Shown piece after piece: positions 53,767 to 64,000 of a DNA stretch of 64,000 nt. The stretch spans positions 434,001 to 498,000 of the forward strand of contig AP039690.1 in assembly GCA_051599415.1 (NCBI GenBank), given 5' to 3'. The notes under the pieces were generated by a model. The model had not been told where the DNA came from. It searched no databases and saw only the letters and a program-made list of their open reading frames with translations. Made by a program: the position numbers and the translations under genes. The stretch is from Savitreella phatthalungensis (lineage: Eukaryota). Numbering within the stretch: the first letter of the stretch is position 1; each line of letters opens with the position of its first letter.

Positions 53767-55092
53767 ATGGGGCTTGCACTGAACAGTGTTCGATTGGCCA
53801 CGGTTGCATGGGCTGCGTACATGTTCGATGTGGGCCGACCATTACAGACGTCTTGTGCATTTGCACTGATGGCTTTCATCGGCGTTGATGTGCTGGTGCC
53901 AATGTGTGGACCTGTATTCCTCGGTAAGGGACTCTCGGGCAGGGATCTGAATAAGGTTGGGACACCAACGTTGCCAGAGACGATGGGCGCTGTACCGGCA
54001 GTCGTCTACTTGCTCGTCATGCTCCTCTTCACGCCTTTTGCTTTTTACCCGCAGCTAGGTGATGCTGCCTCCTTTCCACACAACAAGCTCGGCGGCTACC
54101 TCGGTGCAGTTTTGTCACTTCAGTCGATGGTGATTCTCGGTATTGCCGACGATTTTTTCGATCTGAGGTGGCGGCACAAGTTCTTCATTCCCGGGTTTGC
54201 AGCGATTCCGCTTTTGATCGTCTACTTTGTGGACTATGGTGTCACGTATGTGGTCGTGCCAACGCCCCTACGACCGTACCTGGGGGAGATGGTCGAGTTA
54301 GGTTGGCTGTACTACTTGTACATGGCAGCCCTCTCCATCTTCTGTACCAACAGCATCAACATTCTCGCGGGCGTGAATGGTGTCGAGGTGGGTCAATCGG
54401 TCATAATCGGCCTCTGTGTCCTCGCCAATGACTTGCTCTACATCACAGGCATTCAGTCGCATTCGCACGAAGGCGAGCAGCAACCCGCTTTACAGTCGCA
54501 CCTCCTCAGCGCATACTTTGTGCTGCCTTTCCTTGGGGTCAGTCTGGGCCTGCTGAAGCACAATTGGTGGCCTGCGCGGGTATTTGTCGGGGACACGTAT
54601 TGCTACTTTGCAGGCATGACATTTGCAACCATTGGTATCCTCGGCCACTTTTCAAAGACCTTGCTACTCTTCTTCGTCCCACAGATCTTCAACTTTGTCC
54701 TCTCTGTACCTCAACTCTTCCACATCATCCCATGTCCACGCCACCGCCTGCCAAGGCTCCAACCGAATGGAAAGCTCGATGCTAGCTGTCTTGAATTCAC
54801 CAAGGACAAACCACCGACTGTGCTACAGCGGCTTATTCTTCAGACGGCTTCAATGCTGGGATTTGTAAGGCTCACGAGAGATGACGAGTCAGGACAGATC
54901 GTCAAGAGTACTAATTTCACGCTGATTAGTATGGTGCTGGTAAGATTTGGACAGATGCGTGAGGATACGTTGGCTGGGACAATCATGTTCATCCAGCTGG
55001 TGTTTGGGATCTTGGGCTTCCTCGTCCGACACAGGCTGGCTAGACTTATCTTCACAGATGACAATAGACCGGACGGTGCTTTCTACGTCTAG
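53767..55092 (+). CDS. ALG7: UDP-GlcNAc:dolichyl-phosphate GlcNAc-1-phosphate transferase (GPT/DPAGT1)
   Basis: GRDLNK, LGIADDFFDLRWRHK, FCTNSINILAGVNGVE, VFVGDTYCY, HFSKTLLLFF and CPRHRLP. Confidence 0.96.
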   Translation: MGLALNSVRLATVAWAAYMFDVGRPLQTSCAFALMAFIGVDVLVPMCGPVFLGKGLSGRDLNKVGTPTLPETMGAVPAVVYLLVMLLFTPFAFYPQLGDAASFPHNKLGGYLGAVLSLQSMVILGIADDFFDLRWRHKFFIPGFAAIPLLIVYFVDYGVTYVVVPTPLRPYLGEMVELGWLYYLYMAALSIFCTNSINILAGVNGVEVGQSVIIGLCVLANDLLYITGIQSHSHEGEQQPALQSHLLSAYFVLPFLGVSLGLLKHNWWPARVFVGDTYCYFAGMTFATIGILGHFSKTLLLFFVPQIFNFVLSVPQLFHIIPCPRHRLPRLQPNGKLDASCLEFTKDKPPTVLQRLILQTASMLGFVRLTRDDESGQIVKSTNFTLISMVLVRFGQMREDTLAGTIMFIQLVFGILGFLVRHRLARLIFTDDNRPDGAFYV

Positions 55093-56591
55093 CTTGGGGA
55101 TCAGACTTCCGAGATACAGGTTACATGAGCTCTGCTGGAGAACGTGGGCTTAGAAATGTAGATGAGGTTGTAAAAAGGAAATGCATGGTGATGGCGAGGC
55201 ACTGATACTGGATCCGATTTGCTCGGGGCATCAGGCCTGTGATAAACAGGTTCATAATGAATCTCGGCACACCTGTTGCCGCCCGCACTTTACCTTCCCG
55301 CCCATGCTTTACCTATTCTACCACTCCGAAAAGACCTCTTGCTTGCAGCCGCTATGTTAGGGATAATACACGTGCTTCAGAGACTCTCAACTGTCTACAT
55401 TCGAGATCTGCATGCTGCACTCTGGACTGCGATGCCATATGTCTGTATATCTGTTCCATACAGACATCCATATATGAAACTCCGATCGAGTGTATGAATA
55501 TATATTCCATGGAATATTAAAAGATCAAGTTGATGTCATTTTATCTTCCGATTCGAGTCTTGGTGAAAATGAATTCTGTACTGTTTGTGCGGGGGATTAT
55601 CTTTCTCGAATTTGATTTGAATTATTACCATTCTGAGCTGAGATCAACAAATTCTTGTTCAATTCCACTGGATTTAGATTCCTGAAGCTTCAAGATTGGA
55701 ATATGATGAAACAAGATGAAACAAGCTGAAACTCCACGGGGTTGAGAGTGTGCAAGTGACGCCATCGATAGATTGATCACCCGCTTGCAGGGCTTTAGTT
55801 CAAAGATCTTAGATCTGGGTCGCGTTTCCTCAACAAACTCCAGTCCACAGTCCTTTCAACCTTGATATCCCATGACTCTAAGGATGTGAGTGACTCTCCG
55901 CTGCACTGACCTTACGGATGTAACGGTCACGAGCAAGAACATCCACTCGATCACATACTCACTTCACTTCACTTCACTTCACTCCACTTCAAGTACACCT
56001 CACATACAACTCACATACACCTCACACACACTCGTGGTTTTGACGGATGAAGCGCATGCACAAGAGTCAAGGGACGTTTGCATAATTCCAAAATCAACAC
56101 CCACCCATCCAACCACATCAAGCATACTCATCAAGTGCATCAGCTTCTGTACCTGCGCCTCGGACGATTCATCCCCATCTAGACTCCACTAAACTTCCAG
56201 TGATCACTCTGCGGTACTCTGCCACACACAGACAGCATCAGGCTTTGCATCTCATCTACCCAGATCACTCACAAGCAATCACAAGTCTCCTCTATCGAAC
56301 AAAACACCTGATCAACCACCACACGACCACAATCTCTCTTGACAGGCCCGCCCAGCTCATCTAATCATACATACTCTTGTACACATTCTCACTCACAAGC
56401 CCAAACACTCGCGCGCACATCTACACAGGCCATCTAAGCCTCACGCGACTGTAGACCACCCAGTAATAATCACCCACCTTCGCCCATCAGTTTACAGCAT
56501 TACCCCAACAGTCTCCATCCCCACGACCGAGCCATCATCTACCGATTCACAACTATTCCTTCATACTGTCTGACACATCCTTCTCGTCACC

Positions 56592-57821
56592 ATGACTATC
56601 ACAGAGGACAGAAGATCAGGGGATGGACTTCTTGCCTTCAACTGCTTCAGAACAATACCAGCGCACGTCACCATCAAGCACTGGCAGCTCAAAAACCTAA
56701 TTACCCTGAATTCCACAGGTGGCGCTCTCCACCCATCCTTCACAGACAGAGAAAGAGAAGAAATCTTGTATGTGTGTCGACATAGCATTCGGACACTCAA
56801 CCCACACACAAACAGGATCGGCCTCTTAGCGCCAAAACTCTCATTTGAGCCGCGGAGTCTATGCTCTGCCCATGGATGGACGCTTGCAGGTTCCGAACAA
56901 GGTCGACTTGCCGTCATGCACGAGTCTAGACCGAGCGAAAAGCACGAAGACGAAATTGGCCAATCGCTCATCAACGGACTCCACATATACAAATCCCCGC
57001 AGGGCGTTGCACGAGCTTTGATCAGTAGCAATGACTGGACAATACAGATCTACAACCTCGATCTCCAGTCAAAGGAATCCATTGTCCGCTGTCCGACGGC
57101 TGTCAACTATGCCAGTGTCAGCCCAGACGGCAAGATGATGGCTGCTGTGGGGGACTCGACGGAGGCGTACATCTACGTGCTCGAGAGTGGCACCTGGGTT
57201 CGGCACTCGAGCTTCATCGTCGCCAACGATGCATGCTTCATGACCGCATTCAATCCGGCAGGCGACAAGCTCGCCATCGCCTCTCAGGCTGGCACACTTC
57301 CAATCTACGATGTGCGAATGCTCGACAACGATCGATCGTTCGAACCGCCACCGCGACCGCTGTGCAAGAGTGGCACATCCACGCCATCCGGTGCACTTGG
57401 TGGCGATCGTGCCGTCCTGCACACCCTTCGAAGTTCCCGCCGAGGATCTCGGAGATTTCCCCATGTCGCCATCCGCAGTGTGCAGTGGTCACCAAACCCG
57501 CTAGATCTGCTGCTCTTTACGGAGGAGAACGCTCGTGCGACTGTCGTCGACGCTCGAGACTTCAGCCGGTCTCAAGATTTGAACGTGCCCGCGATGGAAC
57601 GCGTTCCGTCTCGGCTATCTTCTGTCGACGGCAACTCGAACTCAGTCGCTGCCTCTATCGCCACCTTCCCAAACGGCTACGATATCGGCGATAGAGATCT
57701 CTCCGGCGCGTGCTTCTCAAAATCAGGAGACAGAATCTACATTGGAACACGCGAAGACATCTCCGAGTGGCACGTTCGTACCTACGATCGCAGAACCTTC
57801 TCCTCCGTCCGCATCCGGTAG
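56592..57821 (+). CDS. WD40-like beta-propeller protein, DUF2415 (Gid11/YLR149C-like)
   Basis: IKHWQLKNL, ISSND, VNYASVSPDGKMMAAVGDS, AIRSVQWSPNPLDLLLFTE and VVDARDF. Confidence 0.75.
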   Translation: MTITEDRRSGDGLLAFNCFRTIPAHVTIKHWQLKNLITLNSTGGALHPSFTDREREEILYVCRHSIRTLNPHTNRIGLLAPKLSFEPRSLCSAHGWTLAGSEQGRLAVMHESRPSEKHEDEIGQSLINGLHIYKSPQGVARALISSNDWTIQIYNLDLQSKESIVRCPTAVNYASVSPDGKMMAAVGDSTEAYIYVLESGTWVRHSSFIVANDACFMTAFNPAGDKLAIASQAGTLPIYDVRMLDNDRSFEPPPRPLCKSGTSTPSGALGGDRAVLHTLRSSRRGSRRFPHVAIRSVQWSPNPLDLLLFTEENARATVVDARDFSRSQDLNVPAMERVPSRLSSVDGNSNSVAASIATFPNGYDIGDRDLSGACFSKSGDRIYIGTREDISEWHVRTYDRRTFSSVRIR

Positions 57822-58236
57822 TTCTTTATCCCGATGGCGCGGTATCATGTAATGCTATATGAGTATATATCTATTCCACATTCTGAGAGCCCATTATCTC
57901 TTGTCGTCATGTATTCGTTGCTCAGCTATGGCTGATGCATTTTGGCAGGAGAATCAGTCTGTTGCATGCTCACGTAGACAGAATCAGGATTTCAGCGGTG
58001 AGGATCTCTGGTCTGCGTGATTTGGTGTTTTCTTTGTATGTTTTGAAATTTTGCATGGGTGGGTGATCATCGATCGAGTGATTGATAAAAGTGAGTGGAA
58101 AATGGCATATTGTGATAGACGGGCAGGGCAACACGAGCACCCCTGCAACGGTACAGCACCTAGCACCTTTGAGAACAAAGAGAACAACTTCCGTGAGCTT
58201 ATAACAGCCGTGGGCTCTCAAGTCAGTCTCCTCCCC

Positions 58237-59040
58237 ATGACGCAGTCACAACCCTCTCGAGACCTCTCCACAAACGGTCATTCCTCCAGCACCGTCCCAC
58301 CTTCCGAGCCCTCTCCTGCATCTTCGCCATCAAAGTCACGCAAGGCGCCCGTGGCATTCGGTGCGTCAGTTCTGCCTGGCGATGGCTCCTCCATGCTGCC
58401 GTACATGCACCTGCTCGAGTCCTTGAAGACGACTAAACGGACCGGTTGGATCAACGAGAGCATCCCTCTGCCTGAATCGATCGCAGATCACATGTACCGG
58501 ATGGCGATGATCACAATGATGATCCGTGACAAATCGATCGACAGACACCGACTGCTTCAGCTCGCGCTCGTCCACGATCTCGCAGAGGCAATCGTCGGTG
58601 ACATCACGCCGATGGACGAGATTCCGAAAGCGCGTAAGCAGGCAATGGAGGCAGCAGCGATGGATCGGATTGCTTTGGAACTAGTCCCGCAGACGACGCA
58701 TGCAGACCGCGGTCGCGAACTCGTCGCGCTGTTTGAGGAGTACGAAGGACGGACGACGGCTGAAGCGAGACTGGTCAAGGACATCGACAAGTACGAGCTG
58801 GTGCTGCAGACGTTCGAGTACGAGCGCCGTCACGAGGGGACCAAGCGGCTGGACTCATTCGTCGTGGCCGATCGGCAGATCGAGCATCACGAGGTCAAGG
58901 TCTGGGTGGAGGAGGCGTTGGCAGAGAGAGAGGCCTGGTGGGCATCACGGTCGCCCGCACTAGTACTACCACCGAAACGCTCAGCCGAGATTGTGGAAGA
59001 AGTAGTTAGCACTCTCACAAACGGTCATGCCCCACCTTAG
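58237..59040 (+). CDS. HD-domain 5'-deoxynucleotidase (HDDC2/YBR242W-like)
   Basis: LKTTKRTGW, ESIADHMYRM, LALVHDLAEAIVGDITP and EARLVKDIDKYE. Confidence 0.92.
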   Translation: MTQSQPSRDLSTNGHSSSTVPPSEPSPASSPSKSRKAPVAFGASVLPGDGSSMLPYMHLLESLKTTKRTGWINESIPLPESIADHMYRMAMITMMIRDKSIDRHRLLQLALVHDLAEAIVGDITPMDEIPKARKQAMEAAAMDRIALELVPQTTHADRGRELVALFEEYEGRTTAEARLVKDIDKYELVLQTFEYERRHEGTKRLDSFVVADRQIEHHEVKVWVEEALAEREAWWASRSPALVLPPKRSAEIVEEVVSTLTNGHAPP

Positions 59041-59334
59041 TCACCCCTCGAACACTCACACACGCATACGCATACACCTCTGATGACCTGACGCAAAAAA
59101 AGCACGCGGACGTAGCCAGGTACGAACGATTCTTTCTTCTCAACGTCTTTCCATCAAGATTGTCAGTCGTGTCTGTGCATCTTTTGTCGATTTGTGCATT
59201 CCGGCGGACTTTCAATTTATTCCGGAAGACGTGACATGACGCGCAGGGAATACAAGAGTTGACACAAACAAGCAGTTCAGCAGATCAAACCAGGCGCGCT
59301 GATATCCTTACGGATCGGGTGCCTTGGATGAGTC

Positions 59335-59772
59335 ATGGATATCTTGGCAGAGATGGAAGCTCGAGTGGATGCTGCTGAGCGTGGTGCGCTGGTGTTGCGA
59401 TCGCTTCTATCACTGGAGATGATGTGTCGCGATCGGCTGGACGGCGTCCAGATGAATTGCACTTTCCTGGACACCTTAGGCCAGCGTCACCCTGAAAACC
59501 TCACCCTCGCGACAACCGCTCTCCCCACACACAGGCGCGAGGTGCCAGACACCAGAACGTTCCTAAACATCGCAGCACACAGCAAAGCGGTCGAGGCCGC
59601 GCAGGCAGCAGTACACCAGAAAGACCAAGTCATTGATCAGCTGGCAATCAAAGCAGCCATCCTGATTGAGAAGTGGTATGCCAAGGTTGTCAGACCAGCA
59701 AACGAGATCGTGGTGGGAGGAAAGGCAGGCGCAGTGGTAAGTCGGTTTGCCGGAAGTTCAGCCTTCACGTGA
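59335..59772 (+). CDS. Small coiled-coil protein, possibly dynactin p24/RO10-like
   Basis: 145-aa ORF; N-terminal LAEMEARV and C-terminal IDQL..KAAILIEKWY..VV.PANE resemble fungal RO10/DCTN3 only weakly. Confidence 0.4.
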   Translation: MDILAEMEARVDAAERGALVLRSLLSLEMMCRDRLDGVQMNCTFLDTLGQRHPENLTLATTALPTHRREVPDTRTFLNIAAHSKAVEAAQAAVHQKDQVIDQLAIKAAILIEKWYAKVVRPANEIVVGGKAGAVVSRFAGSSAFT

Positions 59773-61024
59773 GCGCAGTCAGTGATGGGGATAAGTTCTC
59801 GTCGACGATGCATGCACGTATGCTGGGAGGAAATCATGGCGAAAAATGGTTTGATGTCGGCTGGGTGGCTGGGATGCAAGAGGATTGGCGAATGCCCGAT
59901 GATAGGAAAGCGGGTCGATCGATGAGTGATGACCTAGTCATTGTCATTCCGGCTGGATCTTCAAAAGTGAAAATCTGATCCAATCCAATCCCGTGCTACC
60001 ACGACCATACCATGTGACCGAAGGGTCAGAATAAAGCTTATCTACGACGACACGACAAGAGGACTAGAGGCGCATACTTGATCAGGATCCGAGATTTGAA
60101 ATTTTCCCAGATCAGATCGATCTCATTCCGCTCGAGCCGGTAGACTGGGTGGATGTATGGAGGGAGGGAGTTGGAGGGGGAGGAGAGAGGGGTGGAAACA
60201 ATGGCAGTAGCGGAAGTGTTGATGGATGCATGCTGAGAAGATGGAAAAAACCTTTCTCATGTTGTCATGATGCCATCCGATTCCCAAGACTTTTCCTGAA
60301 AAGAGGGTCATGAATGGCTAGATGAATGGGTGCTCTGGATGCTCTTCAAGGCAAGATGGAAATCGACATGACCGAGTTCCCACCTACCTACTCACTTCCA
60401 TCCACACTGAAGCTTCCATCATCGTCAATGGGGTAGGTCGATCGATTCACAGTATCATGCAATCGTTTGGAAATGTTGATGTCTCGTCTGTCAGAATAGA
60501 CCTTCTACGGGGCATGGTAACGATTGGCTCCATGATCTCGAGGGTTTCTGGCTATAAGGAAGGACAAAAATTTTGGAGAAGAGGCGTTTTACAGATTTCA
60601 TCATGATGTTGTTTACACCTTCGTCAGTGTAGAAGCCACACAAGATACGCTCATCCTCTGGAGAAAGAAAGATAGCTGCTGAAGGACAAACTATCTCACT
60701 CAATCAATCAACTTTGCTTCCATTTGTCAATCAGGTTGGAGTGCAATGGAAGTGAAGTAGTGGTGAAGTGGAAGTGAAGTACAAGACAAGTCAATTCAAG
60801 TCAAAGGATGTGGACAGGTATGGATTGGTAGACTGTTGGCCCACTTTGACCAACTCTGATCCACCAATCTCCAGTCTTCTACACTTTACTCATTCGCCTA
60901 CGCTGCTCAGATCTTCTTGCGGATCAGGCGGTATAAGCTCTCTCCATCCATCAGTCATCAGTACTTGACTCTTGTGTATATCGACAGTCATCCTCCCGCA
61001 ACTCTCATGACCCTCGAATAGATC

Positions 61025-61117
61025 AAGAAGAAGAAGAAGAAGAAGAAGAAGAAGAAGAAGAAGAAGAAGAAGAAGAAGAAGAAGAAGAAGAAGAAGAAGA
61101 AGAAGAAGAAGAAGAAG
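61025..61117. repeat. (AAG)31 trinucleotide microsatellite
   Basis: Perfect AAG run of 93 nt. Confidence 0.98.
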
Positions 61118-61337
61118 AGGAAGATCAAGCTGTCCTCTGATTGTAGAACTGTCGACCAACGAGATCCTCTCCCATCTGTCTCTCCCTCTGACTCTCTCTC
61201 TGTCTTTACCCTCTTCACTCTCTACTCACTCTGATCCCTACTCTGTGTCCGTGTCGAATCCAGACTGTGATTCAATCTGATCAGGGTCTAGCCTAAATCT
61301 AGTGCAGTCCAGACTATTCTCATGACGCTTTTCATCG

Positions 61338-61400
61338 GGCTTTCTCATCAGGCTGTTGTTCATCAGCCATTCTCATTAGGCTTTCTCATTAGGCTTTCTC
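61338..61400. repeat. Degenerate ~13-nt tandem repeat (ggctttctcatta-like)
   Basis: ggctttctcatca ... ttctcattaggctttctcattaggctttctc. Confidence 0.7.
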
Positions 61401-62371
61401 CCTTGACATCACCATCAGCTGGAACTGGACGTCAGTAAGGAGCTCTAGAGTCATTCATTCATTCATCTCACTTTTCATATACGTACTGTTCAACCCGTCC
61501 ACCTCTCCCTCAAACGACAAGGTATTCGAAAGACAGCTAGAGTGGACAGCTAGAGTGGAAGGTAGAGGAAGGCCAGAGGGTGTCTCATATTCTCTTTCTT
61601 TTGAATCGCTACCTTGTATACGTCCCAAAGGTCAAGTATCCAATATCTTCCTTTTTCAGGTAACAAAAGTCATCACTCTCTCGACGTTTGCTATACGCGA
61701 ACTTCTCCAATCATCTCTTCAACGGTATTGAGCACGGGATTCTCAGAAATCGTTATCCCTTAAAGCTTGCTCTTGATCATCTGTACCCTGTCGTCTCGTC
61801 TGAAGGACGTCCCTTGCAAGAGTCAGTCGCCTGGCGCTTGGCCATCATCAGACGCTCGCCTTCGTCCGCTGCTGCATCGTCACACCTGCTCCAGCGCTAA
61901 CGTACACGTTCACGCCCACGTTCACGACAATACTCACGCGCACGCTCCAGCCCGCGCCTGTTTCCACGCACACCACGCAGTCCCTATTCTCCATTCCTCC
62001 TAGACTCTACCACATGTCGCGCGCTAGACATTCATGCTCGTGACGCTCTTTTGAAACGTCACGCATTCCGTAAACTTCGTCCACCCTGCCCTCGCCTGCG
62101 CAGTATCCGGCACATCCGCCCCACGCAACGTCTAAAGACCTTGCTCACTCTTCCACGCAGAGGGACTCAAACGGCGCACACAGACACACAGAGACAAAAG
62201 CCTTGCGACGACGATTGCGACACACGCCCAACCTCGACACTTGGGTCTCAGACGCTCTAACCATTACAATCACAGTGTTCTCCCGACACTGATCTCCCAG
62301 CCCTCGTTGCCTTACCTGCAAAGCTCTCGAACACGCCCGCAGATAGATAAGGAGGAGGGGATTAGGACAAC

Positions 62372-64000
62372 ATGATGGAGATCACCTTCATCACAATGCA
62401 CGACCTGCAGCCGGCCTGCAAGATCCTCTATGCATCGGCCTCCATCACAGACGTCCTAGGCTACCAGCCAGAGAACGTCATCGGTCAGAGCACCTTTGAC
62501 TATTTCCACCCGGACGACCTACCCATGGCACTCCACCAGCACCGCGATTACGTCGAGCTTGACAGAGCTTCCGTCCTCTCATACGTCCGTGTCCGTAACA
62601 GCGACGGAGAATGGATGTCATGCGAGTGTGTATTCAGCATCGCCTACGACGTCATCGTCGCCGCCACGACCATCTACGACCGGGATTCCGAGCGCAGTCA
62701 GGGTAGGGCACTTGCCGTGCCGGTCGTCCAGGCCGCCTTCTCTAAGGACACCTACGAGATCACGCCGCCAGACGATGACCCGGCCACGGCAGACAAGAAC
62801 GACTCCTCCGTCCGGACACGAGCGCGCGCAGACGCAGACGCACAAGACCGGGATCCAAAGTACGAGATGTTTGCTCACATGTCCAGTCGTTTCACCGAAC
62901 CGAACACGCTCGCCCGCGGAAGCGACTCTGCAGGTAGCGCCGATGAGCCAGAACCCCGAGCGTGTTTCATCCTCAATCGCTACACCCACAACATGACCAT
63001 CATGTACGCCTCGCAGGCAGCTCAGGAGGTCCTCGGGATTGACCCACATGCCGTTGTCGGAAAGTCGTTCTGGGAGTGCGTCGACAGGCCTGCACTCGAC
63101 GGCTGTATCGATGCGATCGACCGTGCGAAGCAGAACGACTCTGTCGCCTACATGCGCTTTGGCTGGCGCAACCCGTTCAACCCTGGAAGCACATCGGGCG
63201 CAGCACAGGTCGACAGCCCTGTAGACACACCGGAAGATTCTCACTCAGGTTCAGACTCCCCGAGCGTTCTCTCGACCGTCCTGTCAGGCGGCATGTCAGC
63301 CGTTGCAGCTGCAGCCGCTGCAGCAGCCGGTACGCAGACTTCTGCACACAGTTCTCGCCGGGCGGCCTCGACCCTGTCCCGCAGTACGCGCGAAGAGAGC
63401 ACACCGAGCAGTACAAGCCGTGAGGATGTGCCACAGCTCGACGTCGAGGGCATCCTGAGTTGCTCGTCCGATGGACTCATCCTCGTGCTCCGTCGAGCAT
63501 CACCCTTCCGTACAGCCGCCCCATCCACAGGACTGTTTGCCGTTCCTTGGTCGACTATACCGTTGTACGCGCCACCACCATCGACCGATTCTGCACAGTC
63601 AGAAATGATGGACTCGATCCAGCAGGTCGGTGTCTTCGTCTGGGGTCTCGCGACCAACGACGAAGTCGTGCGTCTGCATGCACGTGGAACCCCTGGAGAA
63701 GGCGCGGTCCCGTCCCAGCCTGCGTCCTCATCATCAGGTACTCAGGTACCAGGCGACAGAAGTCGTCCAAATTCGTCTCGTCTTGCACCGCGGCGCGCCG
63801 TCGCACAGGCCAGACCACTTTCTGCGGAGGCACTCGCACGAGGTGATCTGTCGGCGGCGGTGGCCCAGCAGCTCGAGGCCGCCGCCGCATCCTCCGCTTA
63901 CCTCGCCCGCCCACCCCGGCGTGAACAACCACGTCCGTCCTCCCGCCCTTCCACCTCCGGCAGCCGTCCTCGGCCAGGGGCAGCAGAAGTGATCTCAATC
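62372..64000 (+). CDS. Fungal tandem PAS-domain protein, 3'-truncated by the window edge
   Basis: ATG at 62372; frame appears open to the end, so it is absent from the ORF track. MMEITFITMHDL...ILYASASITDVLGYQPENVIGQSTFDYFHPDD (PAS1) and EPRACFILNRYTHNMTIMYAS...LGIDP..VVGKSFWECV (PAS2). Confidence 0.88.
   Translation, partial: MMEITFITMHDLQPACKILYASASITDVLGYQPENVIGQSTFDYFHPDDLPMALHQHRDYVELDRASVLSYVRVRNSDGEWMSCECVFSIAYDVIVAATTIYDRDSERSQGRALAVPVVQAAFSKDTYEITPPDDDPATADKNDSSVRTRARADADAQDRDPKYEMFAHMSSRFTEPNTLARGSDSAGSADEPEPRACFILNRYTHNMTIMYASQAAQEVLGIDPHAVVGKSFWECVDRPALDGCIDAIDRAKQNDSVAYMRFGWRNPFNPGSTSGAAQVDSPVDTPEDSHSGSDSPSVLSTVLSGGMSAVAAAAAAAAGTQTSAHSSRRAASTLSRSTREESTPSSTSREDVPQLDVEGILSCSSDGLILVLRRASPFRTAAPSTGLFAVPWSTIPLYAPPPSTDSAQSEMMDSIQQVGVFVWGLATNDEVVRLHARGTPGEGAVPSQPASSSSGTQVPGDRSRPNSSRLAPRRAVAQARPLSAEALARGDLSAAVAQQLEAAAASSAYLARPPRREQPRPSSRPSTSGSRPRPGAAEVISI

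Noticed and set aside
55890..56590. C/A-rich strand-skewed region with a 100-aa ORF
   Set aside because: Low-complexity sequence typical of a 5' leader or promoter of the DUF2415 gene; no coding signature.
60890..61218. Poly-Leu and poly-Phe ORFs
   Set aside because: Translations of the (AAG)n microsatellite.
62496..63998. Multiple listed ORFs on both strands near the window end
   Set aside because: All are shadows of the PAS-protein frame starting at 62372.

Overview
Gene-dense, intron-poor eukaryotic DNA from a fungus. It is an ascomycete, most likely an early-diverging Taphrinomycotina-type yeast; this is inferred from the homologues, the short ~50-nt GT-AG introns and CTRAC branch points. 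About 27 protein-coding genes are supported, mostly housekeeping: HOS3, PNC1, PCM1/AGM1, a ChAPs exomer subunit, SMC2, DAD4, RRP3, HIR3, RPC25, KIN28/CDK7, mL57, MTR10, FKBP12, an MNN2-type mannosyltransferase, SEH1, HAUS6, ALG7, a GID11-like WD40 protein, an HD-domain nucleotidase and a PAS protein. Spliced genes the ORF track misses or fragments were rebuilt by hand: HEI10, an SDR, DAD4, FKBP12 and an orphan membrane protein. Highlights: (1) a co-oriented cluster of a non-canonical glutamine-synthetase-like ligase, an SDR and an aldehyde dehydrogenase that mirrors the actinobacterial glnA4 gamma-glutamylation amine-catabolism operon; (2) an accessory island at ~19-23.3 kb with an orphan membrane-protein family, a ~220-bp-arm inverted duplication (94-bp perfect stem) and diverged direct repeats, a candidate hairpin-RNA locus; (3) a P450-like protein lacking the heme cysteine; (4) an intron-rich HEI10 gene with a 13-nt micro-exon. 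No rRNA, tRNA, CRISPR array or recognisable transposon was found. All family assignments come from motif recognition, not database searches.
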